Source of the DNA: an uncultured Holophagales bacterium
GTDB taxonomy: Bacteria > Acidobacteriota > Thermoanaerobaculia > Multivoradales > UBA5704
Assembly (NCBI GenBank): GCA_963842525.1
Contig: CAWJGT010000026.1
Span: 1 to 42,598 of the forward strand
DNA length: 42,598 nt
Reading direction: 5' to 3'
Position 1 is the first letter of the stretch. Each line of letters starts with the position of its first letter. A model generated the notes under the pieces. That model searched no databases. It saw only the letters and a list, made by a program, of their open reading frames with translations, and had not been told where the DNA came from. This document shows, piece after piece, positions 11,250 to 19,761 of this stretch. The translations under genes and the position numbers were made by a program.

Positions 11250-11822
11250 TTAGGTATCGGTGACTGCCAGCACAACCCACAAATGTCGCAAGAGACTATA
11301 GTAGGAAACAGCGACAACGATGAACAATAGAACTGTTTGCACCCAAGACCAGCCACGTATGCCGAGCGGATCAATTCCACTAAAAAGAATAAACCCATCC
11401 TCAGAAAGGACTGACAGAATCCAGATACGAAGAAGCAGGGCGTGGAGTTGCGAAAGGAAGCGCACTGTCTTGTTCGCCTCGAACCACCTGTCCGAGAACA
11501 GACGGACGGCATAAATACCAACTTCTCGAAAAACTAGTAGCCACGTAACTAGGAGCCCCACCTTCTGCTGAAGAAGGAAAACGAGGAAAATGGCTATGTA
11601 GATGGCGCGGTCGCCTAGGCCGTCGACAATGTAGCCATGCCTACTAGACACGCGAAACTTGCGAGCCAAGGCTCCGTCTAGAAAGTCTGTAACAAGTGCA
11701 AACAATATGACTGCAATTGCAATTAGAAACCGCCGGGGCTCCTCTCCAGAATAGAAGATTATGATCGCCACGGCACAGGGAATCCTCACAAGGGATAAGA
11801 TATCAGGGAGGAATTTCCGCAT
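11250..11822 (-). CDS. CDP-alcohol phosphatidyltransferase (PgsA-like)
   Basis: Signature DFLDGALAR...GYIVDGLGD; N-terminal PDILSLVRI; multiple TM segments. Confidence 0.9.
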   Translation of the reverse strand: MRKFLPDILSLVRIPCAVAIIIFYSGEEPRRFLIAIAVILFALVTDFLDGALARKFRVSSRHGYIVDGLGDRAIYIAIFLVFLLQQKVGLLVTWLLVFREVGIYAVRLFSDRWFEANKTVRFLSQLHALLLRIWILSVLSEDGFILFSGIDPLGIRGWSWVQTVLLFIVVAVSYYSLLRHLWVVLAVTDT

Positions 11823-11841
11823 AGGATAATCTCTAGTTATC
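11819..11841 (-). repeat. Right copy of 23-bp inverted repeat (contains the ATG of the 11822 ORF)
   Basis: GCATAGGATAATCTCTAGTTATC, the reverse complement of 10147-10169. Confidence 0.9.
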
Positions 11842-12157
11842 CATAATTCTTCGTGCTGAAGCTTGAAGACGAATGGCGCCCCTCACAGCGAATCCTCAAA
11901 AAACCGATGAGATTACTGTAGATGGGTTCTCTTCAAACTGTCAATGGGGTGCTGGAGAGGTTCCGGAATGAGGGAAGTTGCCGCCTCTGTTGATTCGCTG
12001 CTCAGGGAAATGTACGCGCTTCCAGAGATGATCTCTTCCCGCATGCCCCAGACCCTATCGGCTCCGGCGAGCCGTTGATCCCGGGCCTGCAGCCATTCGA
12101 GCCCGGTCATAAGGTATCTCGTCCAAGAGTACGGCCAGCCTCTTTGGAGACCCAAGG

Positions 12158-12187
12158 ATTCTATAAAGACACTGATGCATCCGTAAA
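12158..12187 (-). promoter_or_regulatory. Putative sigma70 promoter pointing into the invertible segment
   Basis: Minus strand TTTACG-N18-TAGAAT. Confidence 0.4.
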
Positions 12188-12191
12188 GGTG

Positions 12192-12222
12192 TTGACATCT
12201 CTGTCCTTTTCGGTGCTATGAT
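12192..12222 (+). promoter_or_regulatory. Putative sigma70 promoter with extended -10, back-to-back with the previous one
   Basis: TTGACA-N19-TATGAT with TG at the extended -10 position (TGCTATGAT). Confidence 0.45.
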
Positions 12223-12227
12223 CCCAT

Positions 12228-12545
12228 TGCTGCAAGGATCTGCCCCCGAGGAGGCGGATCCTGGATGCGACGCCGGCATCCTGCCGAGAACCTCAGCGAC
12301 CTCGAATTGACGTGAGACCCTCCGGGGGTGTGCTCCATGGCGCCCACGGACGGTCGTGCTCTCTCTGAAGAAACACTACCCTTTGGGGTAGCGGTAGTCA
12401 GGCGAACCTACGTTCCTGTCGTGTTTCATCCCCCCAGGGACGCGGCTGAAAGCCGTCGGTGGACGACTTAGACAACCGAATCAAAAGACGCCGAGCCGGC
12501 CCTTCTTTTCTTTTTGGGCGTGGTCGATGGCCACGCCTTTTTTTC
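12228..12545 (+). ncRNA. Candidate structured non-coding RNA convergent with the recombinase gene
   Basis: No convincing ORF; several hairpins (12235-12262, 12263-12281, CTACCC-TTTG-GGGTAG, GAAACAC/GTGTTTC, CGGCTGAAAGCCG) between a promoter-like motif and an intrinsic terminator. Confidence 0.35.
12517..12544 (+). terminator. Intrinsic terminator
   Basis: GGCGTGGTC-GAT-GGCCACGCC stem followed by T7. Confidence 0.7.
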
Positions 12546-12573
12546 GCGAAGTGATTTCTTGCAGCACGCCGAC

Positions 12574-13509
12574 TTACGCCGCCCGAATCCGCCGCCGGGG
12601 ATGCTTGCTGGACAGAATCCGCCGCTGCACCCCGTCCCCCACCTCGGTGTAGACCTGCGTCGTGGTGATGGACCGGTGCCCCAGGAGCTGCTGGATGTAC
12701 CGGATGTCCACCCCCTCCTCCAGGAGCAAGGTCGCCGTCGAGTGGCGGAGCATGTGCGGGGTGATGTGGATCGCCATGCCGGCCCCTTTGGCGTGGCGGC
12801 GGAGCATGGTGCGGACGGACTGCTCCGCGAGACGGTTGCCGGAGCGGTTCCGGAAGAAGTACCCCGTGTCGGCGTCCTGGCACCAGAGGGCGCGGTGTTC
12901 CTTCAGGGCGGCAAGGGCTTCCTTATCGCAGAGCTGGAGAATGCGCTCCCTCCCACCCTTCCCCAGGATGCGGATGTTTCCCTGCCGCAGATCGACGTTG
13001 TCGGTGGACAGGCCGCAGACCTCGGCCACCCGGGCTCCCGTGGCGAAGAGCACCTCGAGGACGGCGATGTCCCGGACCAGGGCGCGGTAGCCGAAGGAAT
13101 CCCGGTCGAGCGAGTCACGCTTGAGCCGGTAGACGTGCTTGAAGAGGCGCTCGATGTCCGCCAGCGAGATGGTCCGCGGGAGCCTCCGGGTCTCCTTGAT
13201 CCGCACCTCCATCTTCCGGAAGGGATTGACGGTGACCACGTCCTCCCGCTCCAGGAAGTGGAAGAGGGCTTTGAGCGACGCCACCTTCCTCTTGACGCTC
13301 TTCTCCTTGAGGGGGCCGAAGAGGCTCTTGATGTAGGCCCGGAGGGCCACCTTGTCCACCTCGGCCAGGCCGGTGACCTCAAGCTCCCGGGCCAGGTGCT
13401 CCTTGAACTGCCGGAGGTCGATCGCGTAGGCCTTGAGGGTCTTGGGGCTGAGGTTCTTCTCGTATTGGCAGTGGAAGAGAAAACTCTCGATGGCTTCCGC
13501 GATGGTCAT
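12574..13509 (-). CDS. XerC/XerD-like tyrosine recombinase
   Basis: N-terminal SAM-like domain; RDIAVLEVLFATGARVAE (Arg), GKGGRER (Lys), HMLRH (HxxR), LLGH...TTQVY (His, Tyr) all intact; no integron-integrase insertion visible. Confidence 0.93.
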   Translation of the reverse strand: MTIAEAIESFLFHCQYEKNLSPKTLKAYAIDLRQFKEHLARELEVTGLAEVDKVALRAYIKSLFGPLKEKSVKRKVASLKALFHFLEREDVVTVNPFRKMEVRIKETRRLPRTISLADIERLFKHVYRLKRDSLDRDSFGYRALVRDIAVLEVLFATGARVAEVCGLSTDNVDLRQGNIRILGKGGRERILQLCDKEALAALKEHRALWCQDADTGYFFRNRSGNRLAEQSVRTMLRRHAKGAGMAIHITPHMLRHSTATLLLEEGVDIRYIQQLLGHRSITTTQVYTEVGDGVQRRILSSKHPRRRIRAA

Positions 13510-13598
13510 CCGTTCGCCCTCCCAGGATCTCGGACGACGCGATCATAGCGCGGGAAGGGGAAACGGAAGCGCCCTCGGAGTTGCTACAGGGAGTGAAG

Positions 13599-14909
13599 CT
13601 ACTCGTACCGCAGCGCCGACGACGGATCGACCCGCGCCGCCCGCCACGCCGGGGCGAAGCAGGCGATCAGGGTGACGAGGAGGGCGAAGCCAACGATGGC
13701 CAGGATGTCTTCGAGCTCGACCCGGAAGGGGACCGAGCTGATGAAGTAGATCGCCGCCACGTCGGAGTCGAAGCGGATCAGCTCGAAGGTGGTCAGGACC
13801 CAGCAGACCCCCGCGCCGAAGGCCACGCCGAGGAGTGTCCCCAGGCCGCCCAGGAAGCCGCCGTAGAGGAGGAAGATCGACCGCAGGAGGCCGGGCCGCA
13901 GGCCCAGGGCTCCCAGCAGGCCGATGTCGCGCATCCTTTCGCGGACCAGCACGACCAGGGTCGAGGCGACGTTGAAGGTGGAGACCAGGACGATCAGCCC
14001 GAGGACCGCGAAGAGGGCGATCTGCTGGATCTTCAGGGCGGTGAAGAGCTCCTTGTTGAGCTGCCGCCAGTCGGTGACCAGGAAGTCGGGCTCGAGGATC
14101 GCGGTGGCGGCTTCGGCGATGCGCGGCGCTTCGGACGGGTCGGTCACGGTGAGCTCGATCAGGTCCGAGGAGACCTCCTCGCCCATGAGCTGCTCCACCC
14201 GCGGGCGCTCGAGGAGCACCCAGCTCCGGTCGAACTCGGCGAAGCCGGTCGCAAAGGTTTCGGTCACCCGCAGGCTCTGGTAGCGGAAGCGGGGCCGGCC
14301 GTTGCTGAAGCCGAGGGCGACCAGCCGCAGGACGTCGCCTTTTTGCGCCCCCAGCTTGCTGGCCAGGTCCTGCCCGAGGACCGCGCCGGGGATGCCGTCG
14401 TCTCCCGGCCGGAGCTGGTCGGCCGTGGCGGTGAGCTGGCCGCCGCCGGGCTCGACGCCGCGCAGGATGACTTCGATGCCCTGCGGCTGCTTGTCGCTCG
14501 ACAGCGATCCCTGGCCGTAGGCGACCTTGCCGATCTTCTCGACCCCCGGGATGCGCTCCAGGGCCTTTTCCTTGTCCGCCGGCAGCTTGTCTGATTCGGT
14601 CCCCACCGGGTAGGCGATCACGGCGGCGTTGCCGCGCACGAGCTTGCTCTGCAGGTCTTCGCGGTAGCCGGTCATCAGGGCCATGGCGATCACCATGGCG
14701 GTGACGCCGAGGGCGGTGGCCAGGAGGGCCGCCCGCGCCGTGCCGTCCAGGAGCTGGCTGCGCTGGCCGCGCAGGAACCGCCAGGCGATCACCCACGGGA
14801 GCGGCCCGGCAAGGAGCGCCCTCGCCCCCGGCTCCTCGCGCTTTTCCTCCCCCTCTCCCGGAGGACGGGAGTGCGGATGGGAGAGGGGGCCGGGGGGTGA
14901 GGGGCTCAC
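13599..14909 (-). CDS. Lipoprotein-releasing ABC transporter permease (LolC/E family)
   Basis: [63 protein letters not shown]...LRYE; GTG at 14909 overlaps the carA stop (GTGA). Confidence 0.88.
   Translation of the reverse strand: MSPSPPGPLSHPHSRPPGEGEEKREEPGARALLAGPLPWVIAWRFLRGQRSQLLDGTARAALLATALGVTAMVIAMALMTGYREDLQSKLVRGNAAVIAYPVGTESDKLPADKEKALERIPGVEKIGKVAYGQGSLSSDKQPQGIEVILRGVEPGGGQLTATADQLRPGDDGIPGAVLGQDLASKLGAQKGDVLRLVALGFSNGRPRFRYQSLRVTETFATGFAEFDRSWVLLERPRVEQLMGEEVSSDLIELTVTDPSEAPRIAEAATAILEPDFLVTDWRQLNKELFTALKIQQIALFAVLGLIVLVSTFNVASTLVVLVRERMRDIGLLGALGLRPGLLRSIFLLYGGFLGGLGTLLGVAFGAGVCWVLTTFELIRFDSDVAAIYFISSVPFRVELEDILAIVGFALLVTLIACFAPAWRAARVDPSSALRYE
14848..14902 (-). repeat. Diverged family A REP-like copy inside the predicted permease 5' end
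   Basis: CCCCTCTCCCG...GGATGGGAGAGGGGGCCGGGGGGTGAGG. Confidence 0.8.
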
Positions 14910-16015
14910 CGCCGGCACACCCCCTCCAGGAAGCGGTCGAAGAGGCCGGAGGCGTCGTGCGGCCCCGGGGCCGCTTCGGGGTGGTATTGCACGGAGTGGA
15001 CGAGCTTGCCCTCGATGCCGAGCCCCTCGACGGTGCCGTCGTTCAGGTTGATCTGGGTCACGGCGGAGCCGGTGGGGAGGGTGCCGGGGTCGACGGCGAA
15101 GCCGTGGTTCTGGCTGGTGATCGAGACCTTGCCCGTCTCCAGGTCGCGCACCGGCTGGTTGCCGCCGTGGTGGCCGAACTTGAGCTTGAAAGTGCGCGCG
15201 CCCAGGGCGAGACCGAGGAGCTGGTGCCCCAGGCAGATCCCGAAGAGAGGCACGTCCGCCGCCAGGAGGTCGCGGACGTTGCCGACGATCTCGGTCAGCG
15301 GCTCCGGGTCGCCGGGGCCGTTCGAGAAGACCACGCCGTCGACCCGGCGGTCCAGACATTCGGAGGCCGGTGTCCGCGCCGGCAGCACGGTCAGGCGCGC
15401 TCCCCGCTCGGCGAGCTCGCGCAGGATGTTGGCCTTGACCCCGAAGTCGTAGACCGCGAGGTGGCAGCGCTCCGGGGTGCCTTCCGGGACCTTTAATTCA
15501 TAGGCGGAGGCGCAGGTCACCTCGTCGACCAGGGCGCGGCCTTCCATGGTGGGGAAGTCCGCGAGCTCGGCGGTCAGGCGGTCGATGTCCGAACGCTCCG
15601 AGGTGAGCACGCCACGCAGGGCGCCGCGCTCGCGAAGCCGCCGCACCAGGGCCCGCGTGTCGAGCCCGTGGAGGGCCGGCACGCCGTGGCGCCGCAGGTA
15701 GGCGACCAGGCCTTCGCTCGACGCGCCGTGCGTGCCCGAGGGGCGGACGGTGAACTGGCGCGCGAGGAACCCTTCGACCCACGGGCGCCCCGACTCGGCG
15801 GCCTCGGGGCCGGTGCCGTAGTTGCCGATGTGCGGCTGGGTCATGACCACGATCTGGCCGCGGTAGGAGGGGTCGGTCAACACCTCCTGGTAGCCGGTCA
15901 TGGAGGTGTTGAAGACCACCTCGCCGAAGCGGGTGCCGGGAGAGACCGCCTCGCCTTCGAAGACGCTGCCGTCTTCGAGGAGGAGCAGGCCGCTGACCGT
16001 GCCGAGGGATTTCAT
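14906..16015 (-). CDS. carA: Carbamoyl-phosphate synthase small subunit
   Basis: [50 protein letters not shown]. Confidence 0.97.
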   Translation of the reverse strand: MKSLGTVSGLLLLEDGSVFEGEAVSPGTRFGEVVFNTSMTGYQEVLTDPSYRGQIVVMTQPHIGNYGTGPEAAESGRPWVEGFLARQFTVRPSGTHGASSEGLVAYLRRHGVPALHGLDTRALVRRLRERGALRGVLTSERSDIDRLTAELADFPTMEGRALVDEVTCASAYELKVPEGTPERCHLAVYDFGVKANILRELAERGARLTVLPARTPASECLDRRVDGVVFSNGPGDPEPLTEIVGNVRDLLAADVPLFGICLGHQLLGLALGARTFKLKFGHHGGNQPVRDLETGKVSITSQNHGFAVDPGTLPTGSAVTQINLNDGTVEGLGIEGKLVHSVQYHPEAAPGPHDASGLFDRFLEGVCRR

Positions 16016-16052
16016 GATCGGTGTATGATGTCATGCCACGAAGGAGGAAGGA

Positions 16053-16856
16053 ATGCGGCGACCCGGACGTTCCCTCTGGGCGATCCTCACGCTGGCGATC
16101 TGCGCGGCGCTGTGCGCGGTCGCTCCGTTGAGCGCCTACACGATCTATCTCAAGGACGGCAAGACCGTCCAGGCGAAGACCAAATACGTCGTGCGCGATG
16201 GCAAGGCCTACATCACCCTGCCGAGCGGGACGCAGACCTTCCTCGATGCGAAGCTGATCGACGTCCAGCGGACCGAGCAGGCGAACCGGAAGGACTACGG
16301 CGGCAGCGCCGTGGTCCTCGATCAAGGGACAGCGCCCCCGCCGGGACCGCAGGCGCCGCCGCCGCCGCGGCGCAAGACCCTGTCCGAGCTGATCGCCACG
16401 CGGGGTCCGGAGACCCGGGACCTGCCGGAGGCGCGCCGCGAGACGGCCTCCGCCGAGAAGCAGACCGCCCGCACCAGGGCGGGCTTTTCCGACTTCTCGC
16501 AGATGACGCGCAGCCCCTACGGGCAGGGGGACGTCGCCTCGGAGCTGCAGCAGTTCTTTCGCGGCCAGGGCGTCGAGGAGGTGCAGATCCACGCCGGCAG
16601 CAGCGCCGACCGGCCGATGATCGAGATCACCACCAACTCGGAAGGCTCGGTCTTCCGGGCGCTGGCCATCGGCGCAAACGCCCTGTTGAACATCCACGAC
16701 CGGTTCCCCGGCAAGGTGGCCGCCTTCGAGCTCCTGCTGATGACGCCGACCCGCGAGCGGGCAGGGCAGTTCGTCCTCACGCCGGACATGGCGGCCGACC
16801 TGATCTCGAAAAAGGTGGAGCTGACCGCCTTCTACGTCCAGAACGTCCAGTTCTAG
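16053..16856 (+). CDS. Exported hypothetical protein
   Basis: GGAGG SD, signal peptide ending APLSA, YTIYLKDG N-terminal domain, Pro-rich linker; high-GC codon usage. Confidence 0.75.
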   Translation: MRRPGRSLWAILTLAICAALCAVAPLSAYTIYLKDGKTVQAKTKYVVRDGKAYITLPSGTQTFLDAKLIDVQRTEQANRKDYGGSAVVLDQGTAPPPGPQAPPPPRRKTLSELIATRGPETRDLPEARRETASAEKQTARTRAGFSDFSQMTRSPYGQGDVASELQQFFRGQGVEEVQIHAGSSADRPMIEITTNSEGSVFRALAIGANALLNIHDRFPGKVAAFELLLMTPTRERAGQFVLTPDMAADLISKKVELTAFYVQNVQF

Positions 16857-16861
16857 CGAAA

Positions 16862-17080
16862 CCTCACCCCCTGTCCCCCTCTCCCATCGCACTCCCCCCG
16901 ACCGGGAGAGGGGGGACGTGGTTGGTGCTCTGAGGGAGCTAGCTGGCAGTTTCTTCTCAGACAGGCTGTAGCTGTTTCTGCAACCCATCCGGAACGCATC
17001 TGACCCCGTCCGCCGCATATCGCTCATCTGCGTCCCCCCTCTCCCGGTCGGGGGTGGGGCGAGGGGGACAGGGGGTGAGG
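16862..17080. repeat. Inverted pair of family A REP-like repeats (REPIN-like) between convergent genes
   Basis: Copies at 16862-16918 (+) and 17031-17080 (-). Confidence 0.88.
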
Positions 17081-17081
17081 T

Positions 17082-18284
17082 TCAGGTGAGGTCCACCCGC
17101 TCCGCTCCCGCCAGCCGGGCCAGGCGCTCGGCGGCGGCTTCCAGGGCGGCGCGGCGGCCTTTCGCTTCCCGGATCTTCGGCTCCCACCAGATCTTCCGGA
17201 TCTCCAGCACGCCCTGGTCGCGGTGCAGCTTGGGGTCGAGCCGGCCGATCAGTCGCTCTCCTTCGAGGATCGGCAGGACATAGTAGCCATATTGGCGCTG
17301 GGGGCCGGGGACGAAGGCTTCGAAACGGTAGTCGAAGCCGAAGAGGCGGAGGGTCCGCTTGCGGTCGCGGAGGATCGGGTCGAACGGGCTCAGGAGACGG
17401 ATGCGCGGCGGTATCGAGGGCAAGGACGCCGCGCGGGCCTCCCAGTCCGGCACAGCCCAGGAGGTCCGGGGGCGTGAGCCGTCCACAGGCTCGACCTGGA
17501 CCGTCGCGATCTCTCCGGCCGCCGCGGCCCGCTGGCCCCAGGCCCGGGCTTCTTCCAGGGAGACGGCGCGCCAGAAGCCGGCGATCTCGTCGGCCGTGGC
17601 CATGCCGAGCCGCTCCAGGGCCGAGCGGCAGGCCCACTCCGCGTGCTCCTCGTCGGAAGGGCTCGGCTGGGATTGGGCCTCCGGCAGGACCCGCTCGGTC
17701 AGATCGTAGACCTTGTGGAAGTTGATCCGGCGCGCGATCGCCAGCTCGCCGATGCGCCACAGGTATTCAAGGACCGCCTTGTGCGGCTTCCACCCCCACC
17801 AGGTCTTGTCAGTCCCCTCCGGCCGCTCGTCCTCGAAGTCCTTGGCCATGACCGGCCCCTCGGCGCGGATGCGTTCGAGGACGTGGGCCTTCACGCGCTG
17901 CGGATCGTCCCCCACGCGCTCCAGCCACCAGGGGTGCTCCAGCACGCGCTGGCGGTAGCGTTCGAAGCGGTGGTGCCAGTACGGATACCAGGCGGTCGGG
18001 ATCGCCGAGGCGTCGTGCGTCCAGTGCTCGAAGAGCCGGCGATCGCGCTCCAGCAGCCGGTCGAGCAGGGCCGGCCGGTAGCCCTGGAGGCGCGCGGCCA
18101 GGGTGAGGTGGTGGGCGCGCTCGACGACGTTGATCGAGTCGATCTGGACGAAGCCCATCCGCTCGATCGTTTCGTAGAGGACGTCTGCCGTGGCCCGGCG
18201 CCGTGGATCGTCGAGCAGCCCCTGGGCGCCCAACAGGAGACGCCGCGCCACCGCGGCGGGAATGGAAGGGAGGGAGGCGGTCAT
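17082..18284 (-). CDS. YcaQ/AlkZ-like crosslink-repair DNA glycosylase (winged-helix HTH_42 family)
   Basis: VQIDSINVVERAHHL, FEHWTHDAS, LLSPFDPI, FDYRFEAFVP...RQYGYYVLPIL. Confidence 0.88.
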   Translation of the reverse strand: MTASLPSIPAAVARRLLLGAQGLLDDPRRRATADVLYETIERMGFVQIDSINVVERAHHLTLAARLQGYRPALLDRLLERDRRLFEHWTHDASAIPTAWYPYWHHRFERYRQRVLEHPWWLERVGDDPQRVKAHVLERIRAEGPVMAKDFEDERPEGTDKTWWGWKPHKAVLEYLWRIGELAIARRINFHKVYDLTERVLPEAQSQPSPSDEEHAEWACRSALERLGMATADEIAGFWRAVSLEEARAWGQRAAAAGEIATVQVEPVDGSRPRTSWAVPDWEARAASLPSIPPRIRLLSPFDPILRDRKRTLRLFGFDYRFEAFVPGPQRQYGYYVLPILEGERLIGRLDPKLHRDQGVLEIRKIWWEPKIREAKGRRAALEAAAERLARLAGAERVDLT

Positions 18285-18309
18285 GGGGCGTAAGGATAGC
18301 GCAGCTTGG

Positions 18310-18410
18310 GCCCGGGCATGAATGCCCGGGCTAGGAACAGCGCCGGGTGAACCCGGCTTCAAGCCCCATTCATGGGGCGCTGTTCCTAGCCCGGCGATTC
18401 ATCGCCGGGC
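18310..18410. repeat. Second REP-like family (TAGCCCGG...CCGGG) arranged as an inverted doublet
   Basis: Perfect 19-bp arms 18326-18344/18376-18394 plus terminal hairpins GCCCGGGCAT-GA-ATGCCCGGGC and GCCCGGCGAT-TC-ATCGCCGGGC. Confidence 0.75.
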
Positions 18411-18552
18411 GGCCGTGGCCTGAGCGAGCCCGACTGGCTTTGATGTAAGAAAGATCTCCTCCCCCGGATTTTTCTGCACGTTCCAAAGCGTCCTGCTCCA
18501 GCTTCTGCTGTATCAAGCAGGGGCCGGCGTACTGGTCTGCGTCTTGCAGGTT

Positions 18553-19761
18553 ATGAGAGTGAGAGAGAGGAGTTGCAGTCTGTTCAAGAGTTTCTGGATA
18601 GGTGGCTTCGAGTGCTCCTGTCATCGACGACGTGACGGCAGGCGGCTCGATTTGATCGCGGCGACACGGCATGACCGGCTCGCTGCAGCGGACTATGTCC
18701 GGCTGCGGAACGCCGGGATCATGACGGCGCGCGATGGCGTGCGCTGGCATCTCGTCGAGCGGTCTCCCGGACGCTACGACTTCTCGTCGCTGCTCCCGAT
18801 GGTGCGCGCGGCGCAGGAAGCTGGCGTGCAGGTGATCTGGGACCTCTGCCACTACGGATGGCCGGAGGGCCTCGACCTCTTCAGGCCAGAATTCGTGGAC
18901 CGGTTCGCCGACTTCGCTCGCGCGGTGGCGGAGCGGATTGCCGAGGAGTCCGACGAGCCACCGGTCTTCGCGCCGGTGAACGAGATCTCGTTCTGGTCCT
19001 GGGCCGGGGGGGATACGGCGCATCTCGATCCCTATCGGACAGGCCGCGGCTTCGAGCTCAAGGCGCAGCTCGTGCGGGCCTGCCTCGCGGCGGTGGACGC
19101 CATCTGGAGCGTCGAGCCGCGGGCACGCATCGTCCACACCGATCCGGCCGTCCACATCCTGCCGAACCCGCAACGGCCCGAGCTGCACGCTGAGGCCGAG
19201 GGGTACCGGATGGCGCAGTACCAGGCCTGGGACATGATCGCGGGCCAGCTCTGGCCACAGCTCGGCGGCGACGAGCGCTTCCTCGATGTCCTGGGCGTCA
19301 ACTACTACCCGTACAACCAGTGGATCTACCAAGGCGAGACCATCAAGCGGGACAGCCCCCAGTACCGGCCGCTGCGCGAGATCCTGGCCGAGATCCACGA
19401 GCGCTATAACCGGCCGCTGTTGCTCTCCGAGACCGGCTCGGAGGGCGCCGACCGCGTGGCCTGGCTGGCTTACGTCGGCGAAGAGGTGCGCGCGGCGCTG
19501 CGCGCCGGGGTGCCGGTCCAGGGCATCTGCCTCTACCCGATCCTCGACTACCCGAGCTGGGACGACGACCGCTGCTGCGAGGTCGGCCTCTGGGGCTACG
19601 CGGGGCCGCGCGGCGACCGCGAGATCCATGAGCCGCTCGCCCGCGAGCTGGCACGGCAAATGGATTTGTTCCAGCGCGAGGCCCCCCGGGAGATCGACCC
19701 CGGGACCCACGCTGTGCATTCATCACCCGAGGAGGAGAACGATCGACATGCTGCTTTCTGA
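18553..19761 (+). CDS. Beta-glucosidase-like glycoside hydrolase (type found with glf clusters)
   Basis: FKSFWIGGFECSCH, WDLCHYGWP, PVNEISF, GVNYY, LSETG. Confidence 0.85.
   Translation: MRVRERSCSLFKSFWIGGFECSCHRRRDGRRLDLIAATRHDRLAAADYVRLRNAGIMTARDGVRWHLVERSPGRYDFSSLLPMVRAAQEAGVQVIWDLCHYGWPEGLDLFRPEFVDRFADFARAVAERIAEESDEPPVFAPVNEISFWSWAGGDTAHLDPYRTGRGFELKAQLVRACLAAVDAIWSVEPRARIVHTDPAVHILPNPQRPELHAEAEGYRMAQYQAWDMIAGQLWPQLGGDERFLDVLGVNYYPYNQWIYQGETIKRDSPQYRPLREILAEIHERYNRPLLLSETGSEGADRVAWLAYVGEEVRAALRAGVPVQGICLYPILDYPSWDDDRCCEVGLWGYAGPRGDREIHEPLARELARQMDLFQREAPREIDPGTHAVHSSPEEENDRHAAF

Larger units (their letters stand above)
5630..12200. mobile_element. Lower-GC accessory island (boundaries approximate)
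   Basis: Visibly more AT-rich than the flanks; lies between an AbiE TA pair and a tyrosine recombinase gene. No att direct repeats identified. Confidence 0.6.

Noticed and set aside
11913-12110. Small minus-strand ORF as a constant N-terminal part fused to the cassette genes (shufflon-style)
   Set aside because: It is in frame with the 11822 gene but separated by two stop codons, and has no recognisable motif. It could only be revived if reads correct the sequence.
5630-13509. Integron (integrase plus cassette array)
   Set aside because: The recombinase lacks the integron-integrase-specific insertion, the genes alternate in orientation, and I found no attC-like RYYYAAC...GTTRRRY sites.
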